The notes: generated by a model not told the origin, from the letters alone. Shown: positions 9,533 through 20,068, counted from the first letter of the stretch. The stretch: 64,000 nucleotides of DNA from Desulfitobacterium chlororespirans DSM 11544 (GCF_900143285.1 NZ_FRDN01000012.1:74819-138818), one strand, 5' to 3'. A program made the numbers and translations.

Positions 9533-10312
9533 GTGAATATACTATTTATTGGCGACATTGTTGGCAATCCTGGCCGTGAGGCGATTAAGGTGTTGCTTAA
9601 ACCGCTTATCAAAGAGTATGGGATTGATTTAACCATAGCCAATGGAGAAAACGCCGCTGGGGGTAAAGGATTAACCAAGGAAATAGCCGAAGAGCTTTAT
9701 GACGATGGCATCGAATTTATCACCATGGGCAATCATGTCTGGGATCAGCGGAGCATCATGAAATTTATTGACCAGGAAGCCCGTTTGATCAGGCCGGCCA
9801 ATTACCCTGTGGGTGCACCGGGAAAAGGGCATGGTTACATAAGGACAAAGGGTAAGAAGGTCGGAGTGCTCAATCTTTCCGGCCGGGTATTTCTCAATAG
9901 TCTTGAAGATCCCTTCAGTGGCGCCATTCGTTGGATCAATGAGATACGGCAGGAAACCCCCCTTATTATTGTCGATTTTCATGCCGAAGCTACTTCAGAG
10001 AAAGTGGCCTTGGGTTGGTTCCTGGATGGCAAAGTTTCCGCTGTTTTGGGGACTCATACCCATATCCAGACGGCAGATGCCCGCTTATTGCACCAAGGGA
10101 CTGCCTATATTACGGATGTGGGGATGACCGGACCCCGGGATTCTGTTTTAGGGGTTAAAAAAGAAACCATCATTAATCGATTTTTGACCCAACTTCCCGC
10201 TAAATTTGAATTAGCGGCAGGCCCCATACAGCTTAATGCCGTTGTGATCGATGTGGATGAGGCCACAGGGAAAGCCCGTTCCATCACGGCTATTCAACGG
10301 GTGAAAGAGTAA
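9533..10312 (+). CDS. ymdB: YmdB-family 2',3'-cyclic-nucleotide phosphodiesterase (metallophosphoesterase)
   Basis: GTG start giving MNILFIGDIVG; GENAAGGKGLT, GNHVWD and DFHAEATSEK motifs match B. subtilis YmdB. Confidence 0.85.
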   Translation: MNILFIGDIVGNPGREAIKVLLKPLIKEYGIDLTIANGENAAGGKGLTKEIAEELYDDGIEFITMGNHVWDQRSIMKFIDQEARLIRPANYPVGAPGKGHGYIRTKGKKVGVLNLSGRVFLNSLEDPFSGAIRWINEIRQETPLIIVDFHAEATSEKVALGWFLDGKVSAVLGTHTHIQTADARLLHQGTAYITDVGMTGPRDSVLGVKKETIINRFLTQLPAKFELAAGPIQLNAVVIDVDEATGKARSITAIQRVKE

Positions 10313-10446
10313 ATTTTGACGATTGGAAAAAATATTTAAAAAAGTCTGAAAGCTCTCGGAAAAAAGAGGATTTTTTCCACCTTCTGGAGAATACAATTAG
10401 TGTGTTAGGAATATCTGTCAGTGATTCGAACAGGAGGTTGTCGTTC

Positions 10447-10707
10447 ATGGATGTGTTAAAAGTCTCAGCAAAATCAAGTCCAAATTCTGTCGCAGGTGCT
10501 TTGGCTGGTGTGCTCCGTGAGAGGGGAGGTGCGGAGTTGCAGGCCATTGGTGCAGGTGCACTCAATCAAGCTGTAAAGGCCGTAGCTATTGCCAGAGGGT
10601 TTGTTGCCCCGAGCGGAGTCGATCTTGTATGTATTCCTGCTTTCACCGACATACAAATTGACGGGGAAGAGCGAACGGCAATAAAGCTCATTGTAGAACC
10701 ACGCTAA
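10447..10707 (+). CDS. spoVS: Stage V sporulation protein S
   Basis: MDVLKVSAKSSPNSVAGALAGVLRERG, 86 aa, near-identical to SpoVS. Confidence 0.9.
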   Translation: MDVLKVSAKSSPNSVAGALAGVLRERGGAELQAIGAGALNQAVKAVAIARGFVAPSGVDLVCIPAFTDIQIDGEERTAIKLIVEPR

Positions 10708-10814
10708 GAAAGGTTCGGTAGGGAAGTTATCTTTTAAGTGTTCATGGTTTTGAAGCAGGACACCTGTTGGCTTAAAGCGGCAGGTGTTTCTGATTGTGTA
10801 AGGGAGGATAAGGT

Positions 10815-11762
10815 ATGAAGGATGTTTGGGTCATCGATGGTCATTGTGACAGTATCCTCGATTTTTTAGAAGGAAAAAGAAGTCTGACCACCCCTCAGGA
10901 GGGCGGGCATTGGGATATCCAAAGAGCCAAAGAAGGCAAAGTCATGCTCCAGTTCATGGCTGCTTTCATTGAGAGCCAATATAAACCGGAGAGAGGCACT
11001 CTGAGAGGATTGGAGCTCATACATGCTGTCCACCGATTTATTCAGATCAATGGGGAGAGTGTGGTTCTGGTCAGACAAGCAGAGGATTTGCGCCGCCTCG
11101 CCCCTTCTCAAGTGGGCTGCTTATTAAGTATTGAAGGGGGAGAGATTCTTGGCAACAGCCTGTTTCTCCTGGATATTATCTATGAATTAGGGGTGCGTGC
11201 CTTAGGTCTGACCTGGAATCAGAGAAATGCCATTGCCGACGGCGCCGGGGAATTGACCCAAAGCGCCCTGACCCAATTCGGTGAGAAAGTCATTCAACGG
11301 ATGAATGAACTGGGAATGCTGATCGATGTATCCCATCTTAATGAAGCGGGGTTTTGGCATGTCCTCAAGCTCAGCACCCAACCTATCCTGGCTTCTCATT
11401 CCTGTGCCTACGCCCTTTGTCCGCACCCCCGCAATCTCACTGATGAACAGCTTAAGGCCCTTGCTCAAAACGGGGGAGTAGTGGGAGTGAATTTTTATCC
11501 GGGATTCTTAACTCAGGAGCCTAAAGCCAGCCTGCAAGATGTGGTGCGCCATATCCAATATATTGCGGAAGTGGCGGGAGTCGACGTGATTGGCTTGGGG
11601 TCGGATTTTGATGGCATCGAGTCTACCCCTGCAGGTCTTGAGGGCGCGGACAAATATGGAGATTTAGCTAAGGCCTTGCATCTCGCCGGGTTTAACGATC
11701 AGGAAATAGAGAAAATAATGTATAAAAACTTTATGCGTTTGCTCTCTACCGTGTTAAAATAG
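10815..11762 (+). CDS. Membrane dipeptidase (peptidase family M19)
   Basis: VIDGHCDSI, LGLTWNQRN, GSDFDG motifs. Confidence 0.85.
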   Translation: MKDVWVIDGHCDSILDFLEGKRSLTTPQEGGHWDIQRAKEGKVMLQFMAAFIESQYKPERGTLRGLELIHAVHRFIQINGESVVLVRQAEDLRRLAPSQVGCLLSIEGGEILGNSLFLLDIIYELGVRALGLTWNQRNAIADGAGELTQSALTQFGEKVIQRMNELGMLIDVSHLNEAGFWHVLKLSTQPILASHSCAYALCPHPRNLTDEQLKALAQNGGVVGVNFYPGFLTQEPKASLQDVVRHIQYIAEVAGVDVIGLGSDFDGIESTPAGLEGADKYGDLAKALHLAGFNDQEIEKIMYKNFMRLLSTVLK

Positions 11763-11795
11763 TCAGTGTATATTCCCTGGAAAGAGGTAAAGGTC

Positions 11796-12656
11796 ATGCC
11801 CGAAGTTAAACTTAGATATCCGGAAGCTGATTTGCATTGCCATACCAGTGCATCCGATGGGGTGCTTACGCCCTGGGAGCTGGTTAAGCAGGCCGCGGAA
11901 TTAGGACTTAAGGCGGTAGGAATAACGGATCACGATACCCTAAGCGGCTGGCAAAAGGCCGGCCAAGCAGGCAAACATTTCAATGTAGACATCCTCAGAG
12001 GAGTCGAGCTCAATACGGAGTGGGCTGGTGTCGAGGTTCATATTCTCGGTTACGAGATGAATCCCCAAGCGACGATCCTTGAAGACAAGCTTTCCGAACT
12101 GAGGGAGGCTCGCTTCAAAAGAGTCTATACGATCATTGAAAAATTGCAGGATTTAGGGATACCTATTCAGAAAGCTGAGGTTGAAAGAATCACCAAGGGG
12201 GAATCTGTGGGGAGACCCCATATTGCTCAGGTTCTTGTTGATAAAGGAATAGTGAACTCTATTGCTGAAGCTTTTGATCGCTATATAGGAACCGGAGGGC
12301 CGGCCTATGTTCCCCGGTTAAAAATAACCCCGGAAGAGGGAATCGTGCTTATCCGCAAAGCCGGTGGTGTTGCCGTATTGGCCCATCCCGGCATCTGTAA
12401 ACTGGAAAAAGGAATTGAGCAATGGGTCAAAGCAGGGCTGCAAGGAGTTGAGGTAAGCCACTCTGAACACACCCTTGAAGATGAAAAGAAATACCGGGCA
12501 CTAGCCAAAGAATACGGATTGCTGATGACAGGTGGTTCAGATTTTCATGGGGAAAAGCGCAAGCCAGGTGTTCGCTTAGGCGGCTGGGGAACTTCCTATG
12601 GGACCGTGGAACAAATCCGCAATTTGGCCAATCTGGCCTGTTCGCATCATATCTAA
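11796..12656 (+). CDS. PHP-domain phosphoesterase (TrpH/YciV-like)
   Basis: ATG after agaggtaaagg; LHCHTSASDG...GITDHDT. Confidence 0.8.
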   Translation: MPEVKLRYPEADLHCHTSASDGVLTPWELVKQAAELGLKAVGITDHDTLSGWQKAGQAGKHFNVDILRGVELNTEWAGVEVHILGYEMNPQATILEDKLSELREARFKRVYTIIEKLQDLGIPIQKAEVERITKGESVGRPHIAQVLVDKGIVNSIAEAFDRYIGTGGPAYVPRLKITPEEGIVLIRKAGGVAVLAHPGICKLEKGIEQWVKAGLQGVEVSHSEHTLEDEKKYRALAKEYGLLMTGGSDFHGEKRKPGVRLGGWGTSYGTVEQIRNLANLACSHHI

Positions 12657-12695
12657 ATCACTGGAAAGAGGCAATGAGTGGGAGGTAAGGTATTG

Positions 12696-13859
12696 AAAGC
12701 GCGGCGTTTAAGCAGTTTAGGAGCATCTGTATTTACAGAAATGGATGATTTAAGAAAAGAGTTGGAGAAGGCTGGAAAACAGCTGATTAATCTTAGCATC
12801 GGCAGCCCTGACCGCTCCCCCTCCGCAGAGATTCGCAAGGTCTTGGCGGAAGGGGTCCTTGACGGCGGGAGTTATGGCTACACTCTGACCCGGGGGACAG
12901 AGAGTTTTCGGTCAGGATGTGCCCGGTGGTACAAAGAGCGCTTTGGCGTAAATTTGGACCCGGAAAAAGAAGTTCTGCCTTTAATGGGCTCTCAGGACGG
13001 GCTCGCCCATATCTTTTTAGCCCTGTGCGATCCCGGAGATGTGGCTTTAATACCTGATCCGGGATATCCCATCTACACGGCGGGATTAGTCCTGGCCGGA
13101 GGAGAAAAGGTTGCCCTGCCTTTAAGGGAGGAAAACGGCTTTTTGCCGGATCTGTCGGCCATTGAGGATGGGGTGGCACAGGCAGCTAAGATTATGTTTC
13201 TTAATTATCCTAACAACCCCACTGCGGCGGTGGCCCCCTTGTCCTTTTTCGAAGAGGTCGTTGATTTTGCCCGCAAGAACAGGATTGTGGTGTGTCATGA
13301 TGCTGCTTACTCGGAGTTGGCCTTTGACGGTTACCGTCCTGTGAGCTTCCTTCAGGTTCCGGGTGCCAAAGCAATAGGGATCGAATTTCACTCCGTCTCC
13401 AAAACCTACAATTTGGCAGGGGTCAGACTGGGATTTGCAGTGGGCAATGCGGAAATCATCGGGGCCTTGGCTGAGTTGAAATCGAATATCGATTATGGGG
13501 TATTTGAACCTGCCCTGCAGGCCGGTGCTTATGCCCTCAGTGCCTCTCAGGAAAATGTTGAAAAAAACCGCCGGACTTATGAGGAACGGAGAGATATCTG
13601 GGTTAAAGGGTGTGCTCAGGCAGGATGGTTCATGCCCTCGCCCCAAGGCTCCATGTTTATTTGGGCTCCGGTACCCACAGCACAGGATTCCCGCAGCTTT
13701 GCCTTTGCCTTAGCCCGGGAGGCCGGAGTCATTGTCGTCCCCGGTATTGCCTTTGGAGAATACGGGGAAGGATATGTGCGGATCGGCATGGTTCAGGATC
13801 AGGAGGTCCTGAAAGAGGCGGTGCGGCGGGTTCAAGAGTTTCTGGCTGCCCAGGGTTAA
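12696..13859 (+). CDS. PLP-dependent class I aminotransferase (LL-diaminopimelate aminotransferase-like)
   Basis: TTG start 7 nt after gggagg; SIGSPD, SKTYNLAGVR (Lys in SKT). Confidence 0.75.
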   Translation, partial: KARRLSSLGASVFTEMDDLRKELEKAGKQLINLSIGSPDRSPSAEIRKVLAEGVLDGGSYGYTLTRGTESFRSGCARWYKERFGVNLDPEKEVLPLMGSQDGLAHIFLALCDPGDVALIPDPGYPIYTAGLVLAGGEKVALPLREENGFLPDLSAIEDGVAQAAKIMFLNYPNNPTAAVAPLSFFEEVVDFARKNRIVVCHDAAYSELAFDGYRPVSFLQVPGAKAIGIEFHSVSKTYNLAGVRLGFAVGNAEIIGALAELKSNIDYGVFEPALQAGAYALSASQENVEKNRRTYEERRDIWVKGCAQAGWFMPSPQGSMFIWAPVPTAQDSRSFAFALAREAGVIVVPGIAFGEYGEGYVRIGMVQDQEVLKEAVRRVQEFLAAQG

Positions 13860-13895
13860 AAAGTTCAACCTTGGCATAGAATACCTATGTAGACT

Positions 13896-14204
13896 ATGGC
13901 TAGGGGGGACAGAGACTTGGAGATTCATGAAGAAGTCAAAAATCTTCGCGAAGAACTCAGGGCTGCCAAAGGACGAATCGGGGAATTGGAACAGCGGGTG
14001 GAGCATCTAAGAGTCAGCCGCAGAGTCCTTATGAATCTGCTGGAAAAAGTAGAGAGGGAAAAAGTCGCTCTCATTCATAAGCTGGAAAAGGAAAATATCC
14101 GTTTGCAACGGGACAATACACGGTTTGCCAAATGGATTTTCTCCAAGAATCGGGAGATCGTTCAGTTGCAGGAAAAAATTGAGGAATACAAAGAGAAGGC
14201 TTAA
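13896..14204 (+). CDS. Coiled-coil hypothetical protein; possible TTG start at 13917 after aggggggac
   Basis: Heptad-rich charged sequence; terminator hairpin 14192-14222 overlaps the stop codon. Confidence 0.4.
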   Translation: MARGDRDLEIHEEVKNLREELRAAKGRIGELEQRVEHLRVSRRVLMNLLEKVEREKVALIHKLEKENIRLQRDNTRFAKWIFSKNREIVQLQEKIEEYKEKA

Positions 14205-14230
14205 ATACTAAGAAGCCTTCTCTTTATCTA

Positions 14231-14716
14231 TTAATGCCGGTTATCCGCCTGGTAAAGCAAATATCCTTCCTGGCTGTGAGGCGTGTGATGTTCCCTGATC
14301 AGATCGACGATGCGGGGATCTAAGCTGAGGTGTGACACCATTTCGGCCCCCCAAAGCGGATGCGCTTCAGCCGCCTGCAAGGAGGCGGCAAGTGGGAGGG
14401 AGGAGTGGCTTAAAGTATGCCAAATTTTACGGGGTGCCTTTTGCAGCAAAACAATAGCAACCCGCTCCCATAGTTTGAGCGGATATCTTGTCTTGCCACA
14501 ATCATGAAGAAGAGCGGCGATGAGAAGATGTGAATCCCGAATCCCGGAATTCCATAAGTCCTGTGCCACATCCAGTGCATGACGCTGTTCCGGAAGGGGC
14601 TGACCTTGGAACAGAGGAAGGCAAGGGGCAGGCAGCAGGGATATGGCCCAGGCCAATTCATCTTCTGTGATGATAGGGTGGGTGGCTTGCCAAAATTGGT
14701 GGACGCGGTAAAACAT
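14231..14716 (-). CDS. HD-domain phosphohydrolase
   Basis: ALLHDCGK HD motif; RBS aggggg 5 nt upstream. Confidence 0.65.
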   Translation of the reverse strand: MFYRVHQFWQATHPIITEDELAWAISLLPAPCLPLFQGQPLPEQRHALDVAQDLWNSGIRDSHLLIAALLHDCGKTRYPLKLWERVAIVLLQKAPRKIWHTLSHSSLPLAASLQAAEAHPLWGAEMVSHLSLDPRIVDLIREHHTPHSQEGYLLYQADNRH

Positions 14717-14938
14717 GGAGACCCCCTGAAATTCAGTATTTGCTAATATCCTTTATACCATTTTACAACGGACCCTGCTGATTGTACATTAACCGGTGTT
14801 AGAACCGGTGTTAACAACATCTGGGGCAGGACGCTGGAAAATATGCCGGACATGGCCTTCTTTAGAAGGAAAATAATGGAATGTGACGAATAAAGAAAGA
14901 GGTGCTATTTTCCTGGATTTGTAAAAGGAGGATTGAGT

Positions 14939-15517
14939 ATGTCTGAGTTATCTCGCCGGGAGAGAAAGAAACTGGAGACGTATACCCGACTTTATGAGTG
15001 TGCCATGGAGCTTTTTCGTCAACAAGGCTATGAACAAACTTCAGTAGAGCAGATTACCCAACTGGCTGACGTAGGCAAGGGTACCTTTTATAATTACTTT
15101 CAGTCCAAGGAGGCCGTTGTTTTGGAATATTCCCGGCGCAACTATCAGGAGCTGATCGCTTCAGGCCGGGAGGCTGGGTACTCTCTTCAGGAACGCTTGG
15201 CTCATGTGCTGAGGAATTGGTCTCAATTTATGATCCGAGAAAGGGAATTGGCCTGGGTAGCGCTTAAAAACAGGGAAGAAGCTGAGCTGGATAAAGGATT
15301 GCACTATGGAATTATCGGTATTATCAGCCATGGCCAGCGCATTGGTGAAATCAATAAACGCTATGATCCGGTCTTTTTGGCAGAAAGTCTGCAGGGTATG
15401 GTGCTGCAGCATTTTTTGCATTGGTTTGTTACAGGAGAAGGAGATTTAGAGAAAGAGATGGAGGATATCCTTAATCTTTTTTTTGAAGGACTGAGTGAAC
15501 GGAAGCTCAGAGCCTAA
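14939..15517 (+). CDS. TetR/AcrR family transcriptional regulator
   Basis: ATG 7 nt after aaggagg; HTH SVEQITQLADVGKGTFYNYF. Confidence 0.85.
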   Translation: MSELSRRERKKLETYTRLYECAMELFRQQGYEQTSVEQITQLADVGKGTFYNYFQSKEAVVLEYSRRNYQELIASGREAGYSLQERLAHVLRNWSQFMIRERELAWVALKNREEAELDKGLHYGIIGIISHGQRIGEINKRYDPVFLAESLQGMVLQHFLHWFVTGEGDLEKEMEDILNLFFEGLSERKLRA

Positions 15518-15576
15518 GTTAAGAGACTGTTCTGATCTATCCCCCAGGGCGCATAAAGTGTCAGGGGGTGGTATAA

Positions 15577-16635
15577 ATGGAACGGCGAAGTGCCCGGTCC
15601 TGCGGCTTATGGATGGGGGAGCTGGCACCTGGATTACATAACGATATCACGGATGTGCCCGGAGTCTTGGTGGGTCATGTTTCCTTAATCAAAGGTTACG
15701 GTCCCCTCATTCCCGGGGTGGGTCCTGTCCGCACCGGCATTACAGCCATACGTCCTCACCCGGGAAATATCTATCGTGAGCCCTGCCAGGCGGGGATTCA
15801 CGTCATGAATGGCTTTGGCAAGTCTCTGGGTGTGCCTTATATCCAGGAGACCGGTTTGCTGAATTCTCCCATTTTCTTAACCAATACCTTAAGTGTCTAT
15901 GACGCGGCCCAAGGAATGCTGACTTATTTGCTGCAGGAAAATCCGGAGATCGGCCATGATGCCCGAACCCCTAATTTGGTGGTTTTTGAATGCGATGACT
16001 CCTATCTGAATGATATCCGTGGCCGTCATGTGAAGCCTTGGGATGGAATTTTAGCTCTGAACCGTGCATCAACGGGGCCGATAGTTCAAGGGAGTGTGGG
16101 GGCCGGAGTAGGGATGTGCTTATTCCAGCTGAAAGGCGGGATTGGCAGTGCTTCACGTATTGTTCCCAGCCAGGGCAAAGAATATAGAATGGGTATGTTG
16201 GCCTTGACCAATTTTGGACATTTAGAGGAGATGCTTATCAACGGTGTTCCGATAGGTTTAATGATGAAGAGGGCTAACCAGCAAAAAATGCTTTGCCAGG
16301 TTCCGGGCTCTCTTATTTTAGTGGGTATGACGGACGCCCCCCTCAGCTGCCGGCAATTGCATATGCTGGCGGTAAGGGCCCCTTTGGGATTAGGCCGGAC
16401 GGGGGGGATATCGCGGATGGGGAGCGGAGAGTTTTGCTTGATGGTCAGCAACACCGGCTTGGAATTTGCAGCTCCGCTCAGTGATTGGGACCTGGACCCC
16501 TTTTTTCAGGCAGCAGTGGAAATAACGGCTGAAAGTATCTGGAATTCTCTGTTCTATGCTACATCGATGGCAGGGCGGGACGGACATCTATGCCAAGCGC
16601 TTCCCATTGACGAAGTATTATCCTGGATGGGCTAA
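15577..16635 (+). CDS. DmpA/OAT-type L-aminopeptidase (peptidase S58 / P1 family)
   Basis: ITDVPGVLVGH signature near the N-terminus; RBS gggggtgg. Confidence 0.75.
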   Translation: MERRSARSCGLWMGELAPGLHNDITDVPGVLVGHVSLIKGYGPLIPGVGPVRTGITAIRPHPGNIYREPCQAGIHVMNGFGKSLGVPYIQETGLLNSPIFLTNTLSVYDAAQGMLTYLLQENPEIGHDARTPNLVVFECDDSYLNDIRGRHVKPWDGILALNRASTGPIVQGSVGAGVGMCLFQLKGGIGSASRIVPSQGKEYRMGMLALTNFGHLEEMLINGVPIGLMMKRANQQKMLCQVPGSLILVGMTDAPLSCRQLHMLAVRAPLGLGRTGGISRMGSGEFCLMVSNTGLEFAAPLSDWDLDPFFQAAVEITAESIWNSLFYATSMAGRDGHLCQALPIDEVLSWMG

Positions 16636-16711
16636 TTTCTCCTGAAGATGGCATGATATTCCTGGTTTGCGCGTAAATATGTAGTGTGACAAAAGTTAAG
16701 GGAGGATCATT

Positions 16712-17947
16712 GTGAATAATTGGCTTGAAATCTGGGAGCAGCATCCGGATGTTTTTATTGCCCAAAACTGGCAGGAGTGCCCTGCTGAAAAAAGAAAAGA
16801 TTTGCGTCTGCCACAGCAGTACAGTTATTTCTTTGGTGGGGAGACTGCATTGCGGGTTGGCATCGTGGCCAGCCAAATTCTGCCGAAAGAAGAGGAGTTT
16901 TTATTAGCCGGCATGCTTTGGGCGAACCGTTTGAGCAATGGGGCACGAACGGTTATCTATTTTATTGCACCTGATTTTTCACCTTTTCTATTGCATGCTT
17001 TAGCAAAAATGGGAGGGCTCATCAATGCCAAGGCTGTGTATTGGCGGGAGCGCTTATCGCCCAGTCTCTATTTGATACCTGAAGCACCTTCAGGTGGTCA
17101 GAAGCGGATTGCGGTTGGTGAACGCCGGCCCAACTGGCTGAAATGGAGGCAGGAATTAAACCCGGTAGCCCAGCACCAACTCTTTGTGGTGAAAGGATTT
17201 TTTGATAAACTTGCCCAACGGGGGGTGCGATGTGAGCTGAAACCCCTGACTATTTCCTATCTGCGGGGGAACATCGAGATTGCTGAGATTAAACGCAAGG
17301 GGAAGAAATTTGAACTGACAACCAAGCTCAAGGGATTGAAACATGATGAAAAGGCTCAGTCCCTTCTGCGTCAAGGCTGGGTGGATGCTTCAGGAGAATT
17401 GAACAGCGAATTCTGTACAGCAATCCTGACAATTTTAGACGATTTAGAGGAGAAGGAGCGCAAAGGGCAGCTCAAGCCGAAAGATCAACTGTCTTTATGG
17501 CTTTATCAAGGGGGCGGGATACTTTCCTCCTTATGGGGGGCGCCCAAAGATTGGCCATGGCTGCCTAAGGATCGAAGTGAATCCTGGATAGCGGAATTGG
17601 GCCAATGGCATTATTTCGAAGGAAACGGCCAAATCAGTGTCATTTGTCCCATCCTGGATAAACCGTTGACACAGGCCAGTCAAGCGATTCTGCTCTCCAG
17701 CGTTTTGGAAAAGAGCACCTTGCTTCATCCTGATAAAACCAAAACCAACACGGCCTGGGATATGCAAATTCATTGGCTTACCTTAAAGGACTTTGAAGAA
17801 GAACTGAGATTGTGGCTTTCCTGGCTAAAGTATCCGGAGAGATATCAGGTGTGGATTTTGCCCAATGATTGGCAAGCAGAAGGCCTTAACGAGCTGGTTT
17901 GCCGGAGTGCCCCCTACCGGGAGAGAATCATTGATGAGTATTCTTAG
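16712..17947 (+). CDS. Hypothetical 411-aa Trp-rich protein, no recognisable domain
   Basis: GTG start after aagggagga; the long ORF has a strong RBS and no homology that I recognise. Confidence 0.5.
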   Translation: MNNWLEIWEQHPDVFIAQNWQECPAEKRKDLRLPQQYSYFFGGETALRVGIVASQILPKEEEFLLAGMLWANRLSNGARTVIYFIAPDFSPFLLHALAKMGGLINAKAVYWRERLSPSLYLIPEAPSGGQKRIAVGERRPNWLKWRQELNPVAQHQLFVVKGFFDKLAQRGVRCELKPLTISYLRGNIEIAEIKRKGKKFELTTKLKGLKHDEKAQSLLRQGWVDASGELNSEFCTAILTILDDLEEKERKGQLKPKDQLSLWLYQGGGILSSLWGAPKDWPWLPKDRSESWIAELGQWHYFEGNGQISVICPILDKPLTQASQAILLSSVLEKSTLLHPDKTKTNTAWDMQIHWLTLKDFEEELRLWLSWLKYPERYQVWILPNDWQAEGLNELVCRSAPYRERIIDEYS

Positions 17948-18138
17948 GCGTTCGGAGAACTCTGACAGCTATAATAACAGTGCAGAACCCCCTGTATACC
18001 GATGAACATCAGGGGGTTCTGCACTGCTTATTCCATGGCGAAGCCATTTGGGATAGTTTTGCTGAACTCAATTAAAAAGTTCTGTAATAAATATTGAATG
18101 TGTTGTATAATTATACAAATTGTATGGAGGAACACACT

Positions 18139-18591
18139 ATGAACTTAAGAAGAGCAAAATTACCGGACGTAGAAGCGATGATGTCGCTTGTTAATCATTT
18201 TGCCGACCAGGGGCTGATGCTGCCGCGGTCACGTAACTCACTCTATGAAGGCCTCAGAGAATTCTTGGTGGTCGAAGAACAGGACAGGATCATCGGCATA
18301 GGCGCTCTGCATATTATCTGGGATGATTTGGCTGAGATACGAACTCTTGCCGTGTTGGAAGGGTATCAGGGGCAAGGGGTAGGCAGAAGCCTCGTTAATG
18401 CTTTATTGACTGATGCCCGAACCATTCTTTGCCCCAGAGTGTTTACTCTGACTTATCAACCTGGTTTTTTTGAACGCTGTGGTTTTATTATGATCAATAA
18501 AGAAGACATGCCCCATAAGGTATGGAAAGACTGCATTCATTGTGTAAAATTTCCTAATTGTGATGAAAACGCCATGATGCTGAACCTGTAA
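18139..18591 (+). CDS. GNAT N-acetyltransferase (ArgA-C-terminal-like)
   Basis: ATG after ggagga; IGIGALHIIWDDLAEIRTLAV..QGQGVGRSL acetyl-CoA binding motif. Confidence 0.8.
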   Translation: MNLRRAKLPDVEAMMSLVNHFADQGLMLPRSRNSLYEGLREFLVVEEQDRIIGIGALHIIWDDLAEIRTLAVLEGYQGQGVGRSLVNALLTDARTILCPRVFTLTYQPGFFERCGFIMINKEDMPHKVWKDCIHCVKFPNCDENAMMLNL

Positions 18592-18810
18592 TCAGGCAAT
18601 CGAAGAGGATTTGCTATGGCAGATTCCCCGGGCAGAGCGGTGTGACAAGGTTCCACTGTCGTCGAGTATCATGCGCAGAAATTTCCATTGTAACTCAAGG
18701 TAAGCAGTGGCTAAATCATGTTCACTTGTACCCTGAGCAATTAAAACCTCTCGGCAAGAAGACTCAAATTCACGAATAAATTCTAGGGCATCCTCATGAG
18801 ATGACAACAT
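18592..18810 (-). CDS. Small hypothetical protein (72-76 aa), convergent and abutting the GNAT gene
   Basis: ORF with possible RBS ggaaggtg; no homology that I recognise. Confidence 0.25.
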   Translation of the reverse strand: MLSSHEDALEFIREFESSCREVLIAQGTSEHDLATAYLELQWKFLRMILDDSGTLSHRSARGICHSKSSSIA

Positions 18811-18991
18811 AACCCATTTCACCTTCCTATTACTTATTCTATTGACAAAGAAAAAATATTTTAGAGAAATCTGTATTATCTTAAGTTGTCTCTATTATAA
18901 AAAATTCTTTCCGTGAAAAGTGTTGTAATTAGGAGAGAACAAGCCGTTTAAATAGATAAAGAATGATGAAAAATAGTGTTTTTGCGTAAAT

Positions 18992-19750
18992 TTATGCCGG
19001 ATGAGTCGTGGGGACCTTGCCGGTTCGCCAAAGAGAAATATCAAAGATACGAATATTCCCCAATAAGTAATGCTTTTTCGCTTGGGAGTAATTCTTCAAC
19101 ATGGCATAACAATCGCCGAGGGCATGGTGAATCGTGGCAGTGTAGCTTAAGGTGAGCAGAAACTGAGTGAACCGATTAGCGCCATTGCAGGGAAACCCGG
19201 ATTTTCTGGATAAAGCCAGGCTTAGTTCGTAAATCCTGATGGCAGCCTGCCATTCATTCATCTGCCGCAGTATATGGCCCAGTACACAAAGCAGAAGCGG
19301 GTCTGAAGTATGGTGAGGGTTATCGTGAACTATCCTTAAGGCATGCCGGGGGCGGCCCTCACGCAGGAGAATGTCGGCAAGGGTTGCACACAAAAGTGGA
19401 TCATGGGTGTTTTGATATTTTTCCAATAAAGCGATAGCCTGTTTCTTTTCATTGAAATAAAAATAAAGCTGACTGGAAAAATGGGAAATTGCTAAGGGTG
19501 TGGAGTCCTGAGTGATTTCCTTTGCCATTTTGCGGGCGGTGATCTTTTTGTCCGGGGTGGGAAAGCTTTTTTTGTGCATCATTAAAAAATAGGCAAGAAG
19601 AAAACCGAGGATAAAGAGCAAGAGCCCGAGCATTGGGCCAAAGCGCCAGCCTAAGATGAGACTGGTCGGGCAAATGAAGATAAGCAAAGAGAAGAAGTAA
19701 TAAAGTTTATAGACATAGATGATTTCCAAATCATATTGGATTTGACGCAT
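18992..19750 (-). CDS. Membrane protein with two N-terminal TM helices and a TPR-like C-terminal domain
   Basis: Hydrophobic N-terminus (FFSLLIFICPTSLILG, LLLFILGFLLAYFLM) followed by helical repeats. Confidence 0.5.
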   Translation of the reverse strand: MRQIQYDLEIIYVYKLYYFFSLLIFICPTSLILGWRFGPMLGLLLFILGFLLAYFLMMHKKSFPTPDKKITARKMAKEITQDSTPLAISHFSSQLYFYFNEKKQAIALLEKYQNTHDPLLCATLADILLREGRPRHALRIVHDNPHHTSDPLLLCVLGHILRQMNEWQAAIRIYELSLALSRKSGFPCNGANRFTQFLLTLSYTATIHHALGDCYAMLKNYSQAKKHYLLGNIRIFDISLWRTGKVPTTHPA

Positions 19751-20068
19751 GCATAACCTCCTGATCTAAGACAATCTATGGTGAATTATATGAGCCTGGT
19801 TCAGGCAATATGATACTTGGAATGATGATCCGGGAGAGACTCTTAATCCTTAACGGCAAAAAGGCTTTCCCTTCTATTGGTCTGACCTTCAGGAGGTATA
19901 ATAATTTTTGAATTCTTTGCAGGATTTTGGTAGAGAATATAGAAGTTAATAACTAATGTTTTGAATGGTAAAACGTAGTTTTATTAAAATGAAAAACACA
20001 ACTCATTAGGAAAAAAGAGTTCCAAATATTCGCAATAGATTATCTTATCTAATTTATGCACAAAAAGG

